Source: Bdellovibrionales bacterium (lineage in GTDB: Bacteria > Bdellovibrionota > Bdellovibrionia > Bdellovibrionales > JAUICD01). Taken from it: a DNA stretch of 64,000 bases. The DNA lies in contig OZ241865.1 in the NCBI GenBank assembly GCA_965203275.1, forward strand, positions 352,001 to 416,000, given 5' to 3'. This document shows positions 50,939 to 61,840 of this stretch, in pieces. The notes under the pieces are model-generated. The model saw nothing but the letters and a program-made list of their open reading frames with translations. It was not told where the DNA came from and ran no database searches. The translations under genes were made by a program, and so were the position numbers. Positions within the stretch are counted from its first letter, which is position 1; the number at the start of each line of letters is the position of its first letter.

Positions 50939-51361
50939 TTGTTTAAAACTCTACATATTTGTCTTGAAGTCTATGGTTGTTGCACCTTAGAAATAGATAA
51001 TGTTTTTAGTTCCCTCTACGACCATATCAAACCTTGGACTCTTATTCCTAGTCCACCTCACAAAACCAATCTTTTAATTGTATCAGGTTGGCTTGCTCCA
51101 CAACTTCAAACACATATTAAATTAGTTTATGAAAAACTTCTCACAGATAAAAAAGTTATTGCTATAGGTGTTTGCTCTCTTTCAGGTGTTGTTTATCAAA
51201 CAAAACAGCAAACAAATGTATCAGTGGATCAAATTTTACCTGTATCTGTTTTTGTTCCTGGTTGTCCTCCTTCGCCAGAGCAAATTATATCAGGAATCAA
51301 GCTCGCTTTAGATACTAAAATACCCAGCAAAAGTAAGGATAACTTTTTAAATGTTTACTGA
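50939..51361 (+). CDS. NuoB-like Fe-S subunit (divergent)
   Basis: GCC.LE, KVIAIG.C..SG, VD.ILPV.VFVPGCPP.PE. Confidence 0.85.
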   Translation: MFKTLHICLEVYGCCTLEIDNVFSSLYDHIKPWTLIPSPPHKTNLLIVSGWLAPQLQTHIKLVYEKLLTDKKVIAIGVCSLSGVVYQTKQQTNVSVDQILPVSVFVPGCPPSPEQIISGIKLALDTKIPSKSKDNFLNVY

Positions 51362-52646
51362 CGTTCACCCAAAGACTTCTTTAAACTTCTTTAAAAAGTC
51401 TGAATTACAGACTTCAGAAATTTCATATATTCAAGAGGATGATTTTTGGAATATATTTGTAAAGCTTAAAGAAATGAGACTTTGTCATCCGTTGATTCTT
51501 CTTAAAGTTCCTCAAGGTGTTTTTCTCTGTTTAAAACTTTTAAGGCCTTTTTTAGAATATCATTTTTTAGTTCAAACTTCAGAAAAGCACACTTTTTGTA
51601 AGAAACTGCAATCTTTTTTTGTTAAAGAAAATTCTTTTATAAAAAATCACTTCAATTTAAATATACAACATATCCAACAGGAAGCTCTTTTAAACAAAAT
51701 GCAAACATTACCTCCTAACATGAGCCTTCACTGGTCTAGCAAAATAGATCCTTTTGAAGGAGTTGCTCTCAGTTGGGCTTTGGCCGGTGTTTATGAAAAT
51801 GCTTGGCAAATTGTTCCTCCTTTTAAAGCGATCCTCTTGCGTACTTTTGCTTGTGAACTGCAAAGAGTTTTATGGGGACTGCAATATTTAAAAGGTATTT
51901 GTCAACAACTTCAGTGGGATTTTTGGAAAGATCTGTGGTTAGATTACAGAGAATGTTTTTTTCAAATACAAGAGCTGGCTTTTCATCATCGTATTTTTCC
52001 TCATTTTATTGTCATAGGAGGGGTCCATCAAGAGATCAATCAAGGCCATCAAAGACTTATTGAAAAATATCTTTTAGAAATCACTCCATCTCTGTCTGAT
52101 CACATCCGTCAGTTTGTAGAAAAAACAAAATACCCATTAAAAGATTTTCTTCCTCTGGATAGAGATGAATTAGAAAAGGCGACATGGGGAGGAATGGTGG
52201 CTAAAGCATCACAAAGTTTTTGGGATGCTCGTCTTTTTGCTTCTTATGGATTAGAAAAGTATGCCCCTCTTTTACTTCCATCAAATAAACCTCCATTAGG
52301 CGACGCATTCGATCGTTTGCAATGTGTAGCAGACAATATCTTGTATTCTTTAAGACATCTTACAGTATTGCTTTTTGACTTATCAAAACAAAGCAACGCA
52401 CCTCTTGCTATAGCCATCTGTCAAGAACAAATGAAAGATCCTAAGGGATGTGTTTTTGTTGTAGAAGGATCGAGTGGTCCTATTTATGCATCAGTATTTA
52501 ATTGGCAAATAGATATTTCAACATCAAGGACGAGAGGTTATAAGTATTTACCTCATTTCTTATCAAAAATAGCAGATAAAAAAATACCTTTAGCTCTAGC
52601 TTCGTTGGGTTTCTTTGACAGAATAAATAAAGGAGAGCCGTTATGA
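51351..52646 (+). CDS. Highly divergent NuoD / group 4 hydrogenase large-subunit-like protein
   Basis: LRT..CELQR, RE....E....R......GGV, GDAFDR, VEG..G; no Ni-binding CxxC pairs seen. Confidence 0.7.
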   Translation: MFTDVHPKTSLNFFKKSELQTSEISYIQEDDFWNIFVKLKEMRLCHPLILLKVPQGVFLCLKLLRPFLEYHFLVQTSEKHTFCKKLQSFFVKENSFIKNHFNLNIQHIQQEALLNKMQTLPPNMSLHWSSKIDPFEGVALSWALAGVYENAWQIVPPFKAILLRTFACELQRVLWGLQYLKGICQQLQWDFWKDLWLDYRECFFQIQELAFHHRIFPHFIVIGGVHQEINQGHQRLIEKYLLEITPSLSDHIRQFVEKTKYPLKDFLPLDRDELEKATWGGMVAKASQSFWDARLFASYGLEKYAPLLLPSNKPPLGDAFDRLQCVADNILYSLRHLTVLLFDLSKQSNAPLAIAICQEQMKDPKGCVFVVEGSSGPIYASVFNWQIDISTSRTRGYKYLPHFLSKIADKKIPLALASLGFFDRINKGEPL

Positions 52647-53026
52647 AAATCTTTAAATTATTAAAACCTCAAAAGCCAATTTTTTTAAGGAAGCTACCTA
52701 GGCAACGCCCTTTTTTATATGGACTTGCAAAAAATAAATGTACAGAATGCCTGCAATGTGAAGTGGTCTGCCCTGTTAAAGCTATAGATATTATAGCCTT
52801 TCCTGAAACAGCACAAAAAAAAACACAATCTTCATCTCTGCCCGATAAAAAAAATATTTATAAATTTTATATGGATTTTTCAAAATGTATTTATTGCAAT
52901 CTCTGTGTTCAAACATGTCCATCCCAAGCTTTGTTCGTACAACAAGGTGAAATACCTGTTGCATGTAAAAAGAGCCAACTCAAAAAAGACCTTTTAACAG
53001 AAAAAACCATTATCTCAAAAACTTAA
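52643..53026 (+). CDS. NuoI-like 2[4Fe-4S] ferredoxin
   Basis: CTECLQCEVVCP and CIYCNLCVQTCP. Confidence 0.88.
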   Translation: MKIFKLLKPQKPIFLRKLPRQRPFLYGLAKNKCTECLQCEVVCPVKAIDIIAFPETAQKKTQSSSLPDKKNIYKFYMDFSKCIYCNLCVQTCPSQALFVQQGEIPVACKKSQLKKDLLTEKTIISKT

Positions 53027-53274
53027 AATTTCTATTGAAATTTTCATCTTATAAAAAATGCTCTTTGTTTTTTTATAATGGGTCGTAATTTGTCACCTTC
53101 TATATATAGGGGCCTATTTTGTCTAACATGTTAAAATAACTTGTATTTTTATAAGATATATCTTTCGAGATATTTGATCTGTCTAAAAAAACGACATATT
53201 GATCTCTTATTGTTCACTCTTTAAAAAATACAAAAAGCTAAGCAATTTTAATAATTTAGCTATATTAAGCCACT

Positions 53275-53290
53275 TGGAACAATTTCTGCT
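53275..53290 (+). promoter_or_regulatory. Putative sigma54 promoter
   Basis: TGGAACAATTTCTGCT (GG-N10-GC). Confidence 0.45.
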
Positions 53291-53348
53291 TTGAATATTA
53301 TTAGAAGGTTTATTTTTATAAAAAATAATTATTAAAGGAGTGATTCTA

Positions 53349-54491
53349 ATGGATCTTATAAGGCAAAACAAATGGCTATGGGTAGGTATTGTTTTGATAT
53401 TCGTCGTCACGGGTTATACTTTTGGTTTTTTTACTTCTCAGTCAGATCTTGACAATCCCCGTCAATCTCAAACTCATATAGATCATTTATTAGATGAACC
53501 TTTAAGTTTAGATACAAGAGCACAATTTGGAACTTTAGTAACTAAGAAAAAAACTCTTAAAAGAGGAGCTCAGTGGGGCAGTCTTAAAAATATGATGAAA
53601 GGAAAGATTGCTCACACAACAGATAAAAAGAAAAAAGACAAAAAAGATAAAAAAGACGACAAGAAAAAAGATGAAGAAAAAAAGGATAAAGACGAAGAAA
53701 AGAAAGAAGATGAAGAAAAAGAATTAGATTTTGAAGAAGATTATTATGCTCAAGAAGAAAGAGAAGAAGTAGAAGATGATCATACAGACACAGGCTCAGG
53801 TTTATTTCCAGCAGCTTATGCTCGAGGAGGTCGTTTGAATAACCAGACACCTACAACAGTAGATGATTGGATATCTTATTTGACGGGTAGCCCTTCTTTA
53901 CAAAAAACAAATCAATTCATTAATGAGCATCAATCAGGTCAAGTGTCAGCTAATGTTTTTCATCCTGTGGTAGATGCTTTAATAGAAAGTTCTGTTCAGG
54001 AAGTGAAAAGATTTGGTTTTCTTGCTTTATCCAGTACTCCAAGTCTTGAAACTTTTAATCATCTTGTGCGTATTTCTGTCAGTAATCATTCTGCAGACCA
54101 AAAAAGATCTGAAGACATCTTAAAAAACTATACAGAATTCCAACAACTTTCTGTTTTAATGAGAGCTATTCATTCTCCAGAAGACAATATAAGGCTAAAA
54201 GTAGCTGTACTTGCTGCGGAGTCTGCCACTAGGAATTTAAAACCTTCTGAAGCGACTGCACCTAAAGAAGGCTCTAATATTTCATCTAATACAGATGCGG
54301 TTTTGCAAGCCAATCAGTTAGTGTCATTGAAAAGGCAGAACCAAAATGAGAGTAGAATACTCTATGAAAGTTTTAGACAACAGCTTCAACGTCTAGCACA
54401 AAGTGACCCCAACCCTCAAGTCCGTCAGCAAGCTGAACACGCTGTAGGCATTATTGTAGGGTTACTACAACCTACTCAAATCCTTGAATAA
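53349..54491 (+). CDS. Membrane-anchored hypothetical protein with K/D/E-rich linker and HEAT-like helical C-terminus
   Basis: AAAGGAG RBS, N-terminal TM, LAQSDPNPQVRQQAEHA HEAT-like motif. Confidence 0.8.
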   Translation: MDLIRQNKWLWVGIVLIFVVTGYTFGFFTSQSDLDNPRQSQTHIDHLLDEPLSLDTRAQFGTLVTKKKTLKRGAQWGSLKNMMKGKIAHTTDKKKKDKKDKKDDKKKDEEKKDKDEEKKEDEEKELDFEEDYYAQEEREEVEDDHTDTGSGLFPAAYARGGRLNNQTPTTVDDWISYLTGSPSLQKTNQFINEHQSGQVSANVFHPVVDALIESSVQEVKRFGFLALSSTPSLETFNHLVRISVSNHSADQKRSEDILKNYTEFQQLSVLMRAIHSPEDNIRLKVAVLAAESATRNLKPSEATAPKEGSNISSNTDAVLQANQLVSLKRQNQNESRILYESFRQQLQRLAQSDPNPQVRQQAEHAVGIIVGLLQPTQILE

Positions 54492-54572
54492 AAACTGACT
54501 TTATTCTGAAATTTAGCACAATTATTTTTAAGATATTTTTTAAGAAATAACTATTTGTCATTCCATACTTTT

Positions 54573-55169
54573 TTAAAAAGAAGAACGAAGACTGTTAGGT
54601 AAAGTAGGATTAACTTTATCTACATGTGAATCTAAATGTGATTTTGATTTTTGATTTTTTGGAGTCGTTTGGTTTTTTTTATTTTGCATTGGAGGATTTT
54701 TATAAGAAACAGGGCCTTTTTCTGCCATTAAGTCATAAACATATTCTTTAACGGGAGCTTCTTGTTTCAAATGAGAAGGGGTAATTAATTTTGACAAATA
54801 AGAAGACATACTGCCATTTTCCGTTTGGATTATTTTAAATAAAATGGGAAGAGGAGCATAGACGCCCATTTTCCTTTCTTTTTCAAAAATAATTTGAGTG
54901 AGAGTGGATGCTGTGATGTCTGTTTTGGTTTTATTATCGACAACTCTGACATTTTTGCGAGTGCGTACCATATTGGCAATATCATTTAAAGTGACATAAC
55001 GACTCCTTTGGGTATCATAAAGCTTTCTATTCTGGTAACGCTTAATGATTTTAAGGGGCATGGGTTGTCTGTGATCCTGAGGAGGATTTCTTTGAAGCAT
55101 TTTTGATGGAGCGGACGGAGCGGGTGGAGCGTTTTGATTGTAGATATTTTGTTTTTTAACTGGATCCAA
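54573..55169 (-). CDS. PhaR-like polyhydroxyalkanoate synthesis regulator (DNA-binding domain)
   Basis: IIKRYQNRKLYDT..SRYVTL.DI..MV......V.DNKT..DIT..TL.QII. Confidence 0.88.
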   Translation of the reverse strand: MDPVKKQNIYNQNAPPAPSAPSKMLQRNPPQDHRQPMPLKIIKRYQNRKLYDTQRSRYVTLNDIANMVRTRKNVRVVDNKTKTDITASTLTQIIFEKERKMGVYAPLPILFKIIQTENGSMSSYLSKLITPSHLKQEAPVKEYVYDLMAEKGPVSYKNPPMQNKKNQTTPKNQKSKSHLDSHVDKVNPTLPNSLRSSF

Positions 55170-55586
55170 AATAGACCTCCTTCATTACTTTGTTTTCACT
55201 ATTTCCTCTATTCCTATTATAGAAGATTTTATTTTTTTAATTCTTATATTTCTTACTTATATTTTAAAATTCTATTTTAAAATTCTTATGCTTATAAAAT
55301 CTTCTCTTTCTATAAACTTAAAAACTCTTGTAAACTTCAAAGACTCTTACATAATCTATGTCTAAATGTATGCTCTTATTTAACCTACAGTTATAGAAAA
55401 GTCAAATCTTTCTAAAAATATATCTAATTTTTAATATACCTGACGCATGCTGTCAATATTTATTTTGTATTTTTGAAAATTTTACAGGGTTTACAGAGAA
55501 CAAATGGAATATTTTTGAAGTTTAAATGGGTATTTTTAATATCTTGGTATTCTTAATACCTTGGTATTTTTAATACCTTGGTATTC

Positions 55587-56564
55587 TTAATACCTTTTGA
55601 GTTGAATCATAAGGGAGCAGACCACTAAAATGATACCACCGGTGATTTGGATGCCACTTAAAGGTTTACCTAAAAATATCCAGCTCACACTGACAGCTAG
55701 GAGAGGAAAGAATAGTTCTGCCACAGCTCCTATGCGGGCTTTAACAAGGCTAAGCCCTAGATAATAAAAGTACATACCAGAGAGGGCAAAGCCAAAAACC
55801 AAAAGGGCAATACGAGAGCCTGTATTAACAGTGATAGATGGTAAAAAAGTCAGAGTTTCTATTTTAATAAAGGGGATCATAGCTATCAATCCCCAAAAAA
55901 ATCTACCTGCTATAATTTCTTTTTCTGTATAGCCACAAAGAGATAGCTTTTTAGCAAAAACTATAGCTGTTCCCCATCCTCCCACAGCAATAAGGGCATA
56001 GAGATAGCCCCATACTTGATCTTGGGAAAAAATAGCAAATCCTTCTTCTAAAAAGGGTTTTAGCTCATGGTAAGAAACGAGAAAAGCCCCTAGCATAGCT
56101 AGGCTACTCCAGAGAAGAAATTCTTTTCTAATTTTTTCTTTCAGAACAAGATAAGAGAGGCTAACAGCAATAATCAACTGTAGTTTTGAAATAAGGATGA
56201 TGGCAGAGGGGTTGGCTATACCAATAGCTTTGGAAAAGAACAAATTCCCTATCCCTGAACCCCATGCTCCTACAATGATGAAGCAAAAAAGATGGCTCAA
56301 AGGTAAACTTTGGATTCTTTTGTAATGTTTAATGGCAAAGGGAATAAAAAGTAATGTGACGAAGAGATGTTCGTAGAAAACAATAATGGCAGGGCTTACT
56401 CCGCTTGCAATCAAAGGATATCTGATGAGAACATCAATAGACCATAGCAAGCATGCTAAGAGAATAAATAAAAATCCTTTAGCCTTTGAGTCATAAGCCA
56501 AATAACGCACAGGAGTTCCAAGGGCTACTTTAGTTACATCCATGACTTTTTGAGAACTGATCAT
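55587..56564 (-). CDS. EamA/DMT-family transporter
   Basis: About 10 TM segments in two EamA-like halves. Confidence 0.88.
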   Translation of the reverse strand: MISSQKVMDVTKVALGTPVRYLAYDSKAKGFLFILLACLLWSIDVLIRYPLIASGVSPAIIVFYEHLFVTLLFIPFAIKHYKRIQSLPLSHLFCFIIVGAWGSGIGNLFFSKAIGIANPSAIILISKLQLIIAVSLSYLVLKEKIRKEFLLWSSLAMLGAFLVSYHELKPFLEEGFAIFSQDQVWGYLYALIAVGGWGTAIVFAKKLSLCGYTEKEIIAGRFFWGLIAMIPFIKIETLTFLPSITVNTGSRIALLVFGFALSGMYFYYLGLSLVKARIGAVAELFFPLLAVSVSWIFLGKPLSGIQITGGIILVVCSLMIQLKRY

Positions 56565-57026
56565 TGTATCCTTTTTATTTTTAATCTTCTTTTAGTTTTG
56601 ATATTTTTTCTTGCTATATTGGGGTATTTCTCATTGTTTCCCTTACATGGTTTCCCTTACATGGTTTCCCTTACATGATTGTCTTGATTATTTTTTCTGG
56701 CATAGTTTTTTAATGAAAGCTTTTCTTTTAGATATGATATTTGTTTAAAAAGCTATTATTAAAGGAAGTCTACTTAAAAATCAATAATGATTTTAATTTA
56801 TTATAATGCACCTCAGAAGATTTCTTTATAGAGCGTTAAAAAATATTGTCGCTTGGAATGAAATAAAGATTATGAAATCTTGACTTGAGTCTTTTAATGC
56901 TTTAGATCATCTAGTATTTAAAAGGATATGTTGATATGTCTGTTAAAAATAATATTGTCAGTATTTACAACGATAAATAATGATGATCATAACAAAATCA
57001 ATGTATAATATAAAAGGAGCATCTTA

Positions 57027-57794
57027 ATGAAATATCAATGTCTTAAGGGGAAAAAGGCACTTATTTTTGGAGTAGCTAATGATAAAAGCCTTGCATGGGG
57101 TATTGCTAAGTCTTTACATCAAAGAGCTTGCGAGCTGGGTTTCAGTTATCTTAATGATAGGTTCAAACAGCGTATGTTACCTTTAGCAGAAAGTATCAAT
57201 GCAAAGTTTATAGAAGAGTTAGATGTCAATAATCCTCAGCAAGCTGAGGCCTTTTTTCAAAAAAGCAAAGAGATGTTTGGTCATATAGATATTCTTGTTC
57301 ATTCTTTAGCTTTTGCACAAAGGGATGATTTAGAAGGTCGTTTTATAGACACCAGTCAAGAAGGATTTTTAACAGCAATGCAGACAAGTGTTTATTCTTT
57401 AATACGTCTTGCCAGGTTAGCAGAGCCTCTTATGCCCAATGGAGGTAGAATTATTACTCTGACTTATTTAGGTTCTCAAAAGGTGATCCCCCATTACAAT
57501 GTTATGGGTGTAGCTAAAGCTGCCCTTGAGGCTTCTGTGCGTTACTTGGCTTATGACTTAGGACCCAAATCTATTTGTGTTAATGCTATTTCAGCAGGCC
57601 CTGTTAAAACTCTTTCTGCACTTGGTATTCGTGATTTTAAAGAGATGCTTGGACAAAATAAAAACAAGTCCCCCTTAAGAGAAAATATCACAATTGAAGA
57701 TGTGGGTGAAATGGCTGCTTATCTCTGTAGTGATGGTGGGAAGCATGTCACTGGTACAACCATGTATGTCGATAGTGGGACTCATATTTTATGA
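57027..57794 (+). CDS. fabI: Enoyl-ACP reductase
   Basis: GVANDKSLAWGIA, YNVMGVAKAALE, VNAISAGPVKT. Confidence 0.96.
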   Translation: MKYQCLKGKKALIFGVANDKSLAWGIAKSLHQRACELGFSYLNDRFKQRMLPLAESINAKFIEELDVNNPQQAEAFFQKSKEMFGHIDILVHSLAFAQRDDLEGRFIDTSQEGFLTAMQTSVYSLIRLARLAEPLMPNGGRIITLTYLGSQKVIPHYNVMGVAKAALEASVRYLAYDLGPKSICVNAISAGPVKTLSALGIRDFKEMLGQNKNKSPLRENITIEDVGEMAAYLCSDGGKHVTGTTMYVDSGTHIL

Positions 57795-58534
57795 ACATTA
57801 TGAATATTATGAACATTCAAAATAAGGCTATTTTTTTAAAAATATTATCCCTTATGCTTAAATATTATAAGATCTGTGGGGTATGTCGTTTAGGTTATAG
57901 TTTTTTAAATAGGCAACCTATAGATTGGTTATGCCCATCTTGTCAGGAATATTTTTTACAAGAAGCTCAATTGAGATCACATAAAGCTCCTGCGTATCAG
58001 GATGGACCTGTTTACTCTTTAATGAAGTGGGATGAACACAACCATGATTTTATATCTCGATTGCTTCAAAGCTTAAAAGGCAATTATAATAAAATAGGCT
58101 GGTCTCTGGTTATCAAGGTTTTTATGCAAGAAATACTATTTAATAATGCAGTTTCTTGGTGGAAACAGGCAGAGGTTATTGTACCTGCTCCTTCTCACAC
58201 ACACGATCGTCAACATGCTCAAGTTTTAGCAGAGGCTTTAGGTCAACACTTACATTTGCCAGTAGCATCAGAGCTTTTAAGCTTTGAACCCGTCGACGAA
58301 AAGTCATGGTTTAGGTTTAAAAGACAAGGGTCTTATAGACAGGCTTTTAAATCTAAAAGCCAGAGGTCTCAGGTATCTATAATTGCTCAACCGTCTAAAT
58401 ATAAAAAAATCTTATTTGTAGATGATATTTGCACTACAGGATCGACTATACTTGCAGCTCGAAAGGCATTTGGTCGGTTGATTTACTTTCAACCTTTTGT
58501 ATTTGCTTGTAAAATGCAAACAATCAGTTTATAA
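57791..58534 (+). CDS. comF: ComF-family protein
   Basis: N-terminal CxxC..CxxC, PRTase motif ILFVDDICTTGST; start uncertain. Confidence 0.85.
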   Translation: MNIMNIMNIQNKAIFLKILSLMLKYYKICGVCRLGYSFLNRQPIDWLCPSCQEYFLQEAQLRSHKAPAYQDGPVYSLMKWDEHNHDFISRLLQSLKGNYNKIGWSLVIKVFMQEILFNNAVSWWKQAEVIVPAPSHTHDRQHAQVLAEALGQHLHLPVASELLSFEPVDEKSWFRFKRQGSYRQAFKSKSQRSQVSIIAQPSKYKKILFVDDICTTGSTILAARKAFGRLIYFQPFVFACKMQTISL

Positions 58535-58541
58535 TTGATAT

Positions 58542-59732
58542 ATGATGCAAGTTTATATTGAATTTAAAATGTATTTTTTACTATTATTTGCTGTTGTTTT
58601 ATTGCAAAGTTCTTTAGCTTTCAGTAAAGTAAATACACTGGATTTTACACCTTCTCAAACAGCTTCTACTTCACCTACTCTGGTGCGTCCACTGGATCAA
58701 ATGGATCATTCGGATCATTCGGATCATTTGGATCAGCAAAGTGTGGAAAGTACATCTGTTGATGAAGATAAAAATCAGCAAAGTGCGGAAAGTATACCTG
58801 TTGATGAGGATAAAAATCAGCAGAGTGTGGAAAGTATACCTGTTGATGAAAATAAAAATCAGCAAAGTGTGGAAACTATATCTGTTGATGAAAATAAAAA
58901 TCAGCAAAGTGCGGAAAGTATATCTGTTGATGAAAATAAAAATCAGCAAAGTGTGAAAAGTACATCTGTTGATGAAGATAAAAATCAGCAAAGTGCGGAA
59001 AGTACATCTGTTGATGAAAATAAAAGTCAGCAAAGTGCAGAAAGTATATCTGTTGATGAAAATAAAAGTCAGCAGAGTGTGGAAAGTATACCTGTTGATG
59101 AGGATAAAAAAGATCTTGATAAGGCAGAGGATGATTTTTCTGATATACTCAATGCTGTTGAAGCAAAATATACTCAAATGCAAACCCTGCAATCAAAGGT
59201 GACAAAAACAAATATTCTTAAGCTTTTGCAAAGGCAAAACGTTCATAAAGGGGAACTTCAAATCAAAAAAGGGGGCTTGATGCGTTTGGAGTTTAAAACG
59301 CCAGTTAGGTCTATTTTATTGATTAATACAAAAGGAAGTTGGCATATACAGTATCCTGATACTCCTGCATTTGATGATACTATTCGAGTGATCAGTTCTA
59401 AAACAAGGTCTATTTTAGAGCAGGCTTTATTATCTATTTTAGAGTTGGGTGATATTCTAAAATACTTTAACCTTTTAGAAGCTCAAAAAACAAAAGCTTC
59501 ACAAGAAGATTCATCGTATGTTTTTAAATTAAAACCTCATAAAGATGTAGCATCTCTTCATCAATTAGAAGTAGAGATCAATGATCAATTTTTGATCACA
59601 AGGGTTACTTATCAGGATGCATTAGAAAACAAAACATCACTTCATTTTTCTGAAATTTCAATAAATAAAAAGATCAAAGATGCTGTTTTTATTTTTAAAA
59701 AGCCAAAGGATGCTGAGGTGATTGCAAGATAA
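58542..59732 (+). CDS. lolA: LolA-family lipoprotein carrier with N-terminal acidic tandem repeats
   Basis: Signal peptide; G.L.IKK.G.MR.E...P...; D.LEN.T.L.FS....N..I....F.FK.PKDAEVI C-terminus. Confidence 0.8.
   Translation: MMQVYIEFKMYFLLLFAVVLLQSSLAFSKVNTLDFTPSQTASTSPTLVRPLDQMDHSDHSDHLDQQSVESTSVDEDKNQQSAESIPVDEDKNQQSVESIPVDENKNQQSVETISVDENKNQQSAESISVDENKNQQSVKSTSVDEDKNQQSAESTSVDENKSQQSAESISVDENKSQQSVESIPVDEDKKDLDKAEDDFSDILNAVEAKYTQMQTLQSKVTKTNILKLLQRQNVHKGELQIKKGGLMRLEFKTPVRSILLINTKGSWHIQYPDTPAFDDTIRVISSKTRSILEQALLSILELGDILKYFNLLEAQKTKASQEDSSYVFKLKPHKDVASLHQLEVEINDQFLITRVTYQDALENKTSLHFSEISINKKIKDAVFIFKKPKDAEVIAR
58734..59111 (+). repeat. Nine tandem 42-bp coding repeats (QQSVESISVDENKN)
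   Basis: Directly visible in DNA and protein. Confidence 0.93.
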
Positions 59733-59747
59733 AGACAGTTAATGTCA

Positions 59748-60970
59748 TTAACATCATGTTTATCTGGGATCTGGGATCTGGGATCCGGGATCCGGGATCT
59801 GGGATCCGGGATCGGGATCCGGGATGGGATCCGGGATCCGGGATCCGGGATCTGGGATCCGGGATCTGGGATCCGGCAACCCGCCATCAGGCAGGAAAGG
59901 CGTTTTGTTTCCCTAACATTTCACTCAAAATGCATCATGCCGTCTGTTTCACTTGAAATGAGCCACACCGCTGGTGTGTTTTTTGGTGTTGCCTGCAAAG
60001 GCTTTCGCCTTTGACAAAATAGGCAACACCTAAAAAATCCGCTCATTTCAAGTAGGGCGGATCTCCTTGCTTCTTTACACCATGTTAGGGAAAAAGTGTT
60101 TTTATTGTCTTGGAAGCAAGCGGGCTACAATAAAGGAACTTTTTCCCTAACATCATGTTAAGAGACGAGGAGATCCTCCCCTACTCAAAATGAGCAGTTT
60201 TTTGCGGCATTGCTCTTTTTGGACAGCGATAGCTGTCAGAGCAATCGTCAGAAGGAAATCTTTTTCCTTAACATCGTGTCAAAAGAGGAAAGGATCCTTC
60301 CTACTAAAAGTGGTCAGGCTTTTGAGGCAATGACCATTTTGTCAAAGGCGAAAGCCTTTGCGGTCATTGCCCAAAAGTAGCCAGAGGCTAGACCACTTTT
60401 AGTGAAACAGAGGTGTGGCTCATTTTGAGTGAAACAACTATTTTGAGTAGAGGAGGATCCTTTTATTCCTCTACACCATGTTAGGGAAAAAGTGCTTTTA
60501 TTACTTTAGGAGCAAGCGGGTCTGCGGAAGATCTCCAGCCTGCCCCCGCCTCCCACTCATAATATTCTTCATTTTTTTGAGAGTTACGCAGAATCTAAAA
60601 AAATAAAAAAAACAAAAAAAACGAACATCTTGTTTCCCTAACATCGTATTGATTTTTTCTGGGATCCGGGATCTGGGATCCGGGATCCGGCAACCCGGCA
60701 TCAGATCCCAGAATTGACTTTTTCCTTAACATGGTATAAAGAAATGAAAGGATATTTTTCCGGGATCCGTGATCTGGCACCCTGGCATCAAACAGACAGG
60801 CAAGGATGAAGCGAATATCTTGTTTCCCTAACATTGTGTTAAAAGCAAGGAGATCCTTCCTACTAAAAGTAAACGGACTTTTGAGGTAGCCAGCCTTTGA
60901 TCGACGGCGAAAGCCGTCGGGCTGGCTACCCAAAAGTGACCAGAGGTCAGTTTACTTTTAGGGAAACAAA
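59748..60970. repeat. Cluster 9 of the structured element family with heptamer tracts
   Basis: GGGATC(C/T) heptamers at 59763-59880 and 60659-60690; complete units at ~59951, 60303, 60862. Confidence 0.9.
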
Positions 60971-60984
60971 TGAAAACAAAGGAT

Positions 60985-61548
60985 TTAGCAATTTCTTTCA
61001 ACTTCACAGAGAGCTATTTGGGCATATCCTAATACACCTTCATTTCCATTGTTATTGAGATTTATTTCTTCATTTTGGAATACTAATTTGAATTCATAAT
61101 GACCATCTTCAAGCTGTTGTTCTTGATAAAGATAAAGGCTACCATGATCGTCAGTATATAGAGCTGCTCTTTCTTCCGTCACAACACCTTGTTGAAACGT
61201 CAATCGAGTGGTGTGTGGAGCATCTTCATCTATCGCATCTTCATCCCATACACTGACAAAAATATCTTGACCTTGAAATTGGATTTCTATTCGGCTGACT
61301 GTTCCTGTGAGATATTCACCTAAGAAATCTTCTGCTACAGTTTCTATGGGATCGTCTGCATTCTCACTAGGGTCAGGTAACTCAAGAGGAATCCAAACAG
61401 AACGAGATCTTGTCATTGGCTGTATATCATTGCCTGTAGTAGATGGAACAACAACTATACCAGAATGATCAGAACATGCTGTAGTCAACATCAAAGTAAA
61501 AAATAGCAATATTGTATGTAAAATAGATTGGCTTGTTCTTTTATTCAT
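60985..61548 (-). CDS. Acidic hypothetical lipoprotein
   Basis: GAGGAGG RBS before MNKRT, TTAC lipobox; sigma54-like TGGCATGATATTTGAA at 61597-61612 (-). Confidence 0.8.
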   Translation of the reverse strand: MNKRTSQSILHTILLFFTLMLTTACSDHSGIVVVPSTTGNDIQPMTRSRSVWIPLELPDPSENADDPIETVAEDFLGEYLTGTVSRIEIQFQGQDIFVSVWDEDAIDEDAPHTTRLTFQQGVVTEERAALYTDDHGSLYLYQEQQLEDGHYEFKLVFQNEEINLNNNGNEGVLGYAQIALCEVERNC

Positions 61549-61840
61549 TATTCCCTCCTCATTTTTATATTTAATAAACCCTACATAAATTATTACTTCA
61601 AATATCATGCCAAAATATTTTTTAAAAAAGACATTTTTAAAGGTAAAATCCTTACTTTTAAGCCATTTTAAGTGTGAAAAATAAGAAAAAACAAAAATAA
61701 GATTTTAAGTGACAATTCTGGTCCAACAACTGACTGTTTTTTAGACACTTTGCATTTCATAATACTCTAGTGTATTCAGATCAGAAGTCAGTATATGAAA
61801 GCATCTAGCGTCTAGTGTCTAGTGTATAGAAAGATTAAGG

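Noticed and set aside
55537..56678. Short tandem repeats flanking the EamA gene (17-bp TAATACCTTGGTATTYT x3; 14-bp TTTCCCTTACATGG x3)
   Set aside because: Real but most simply local slippage duplications; no evidence of function
58671..59202. Alternate-frame ORFs in the lolA repeats
   Set aside because: Artefacts of the 42-bp tandem repeat
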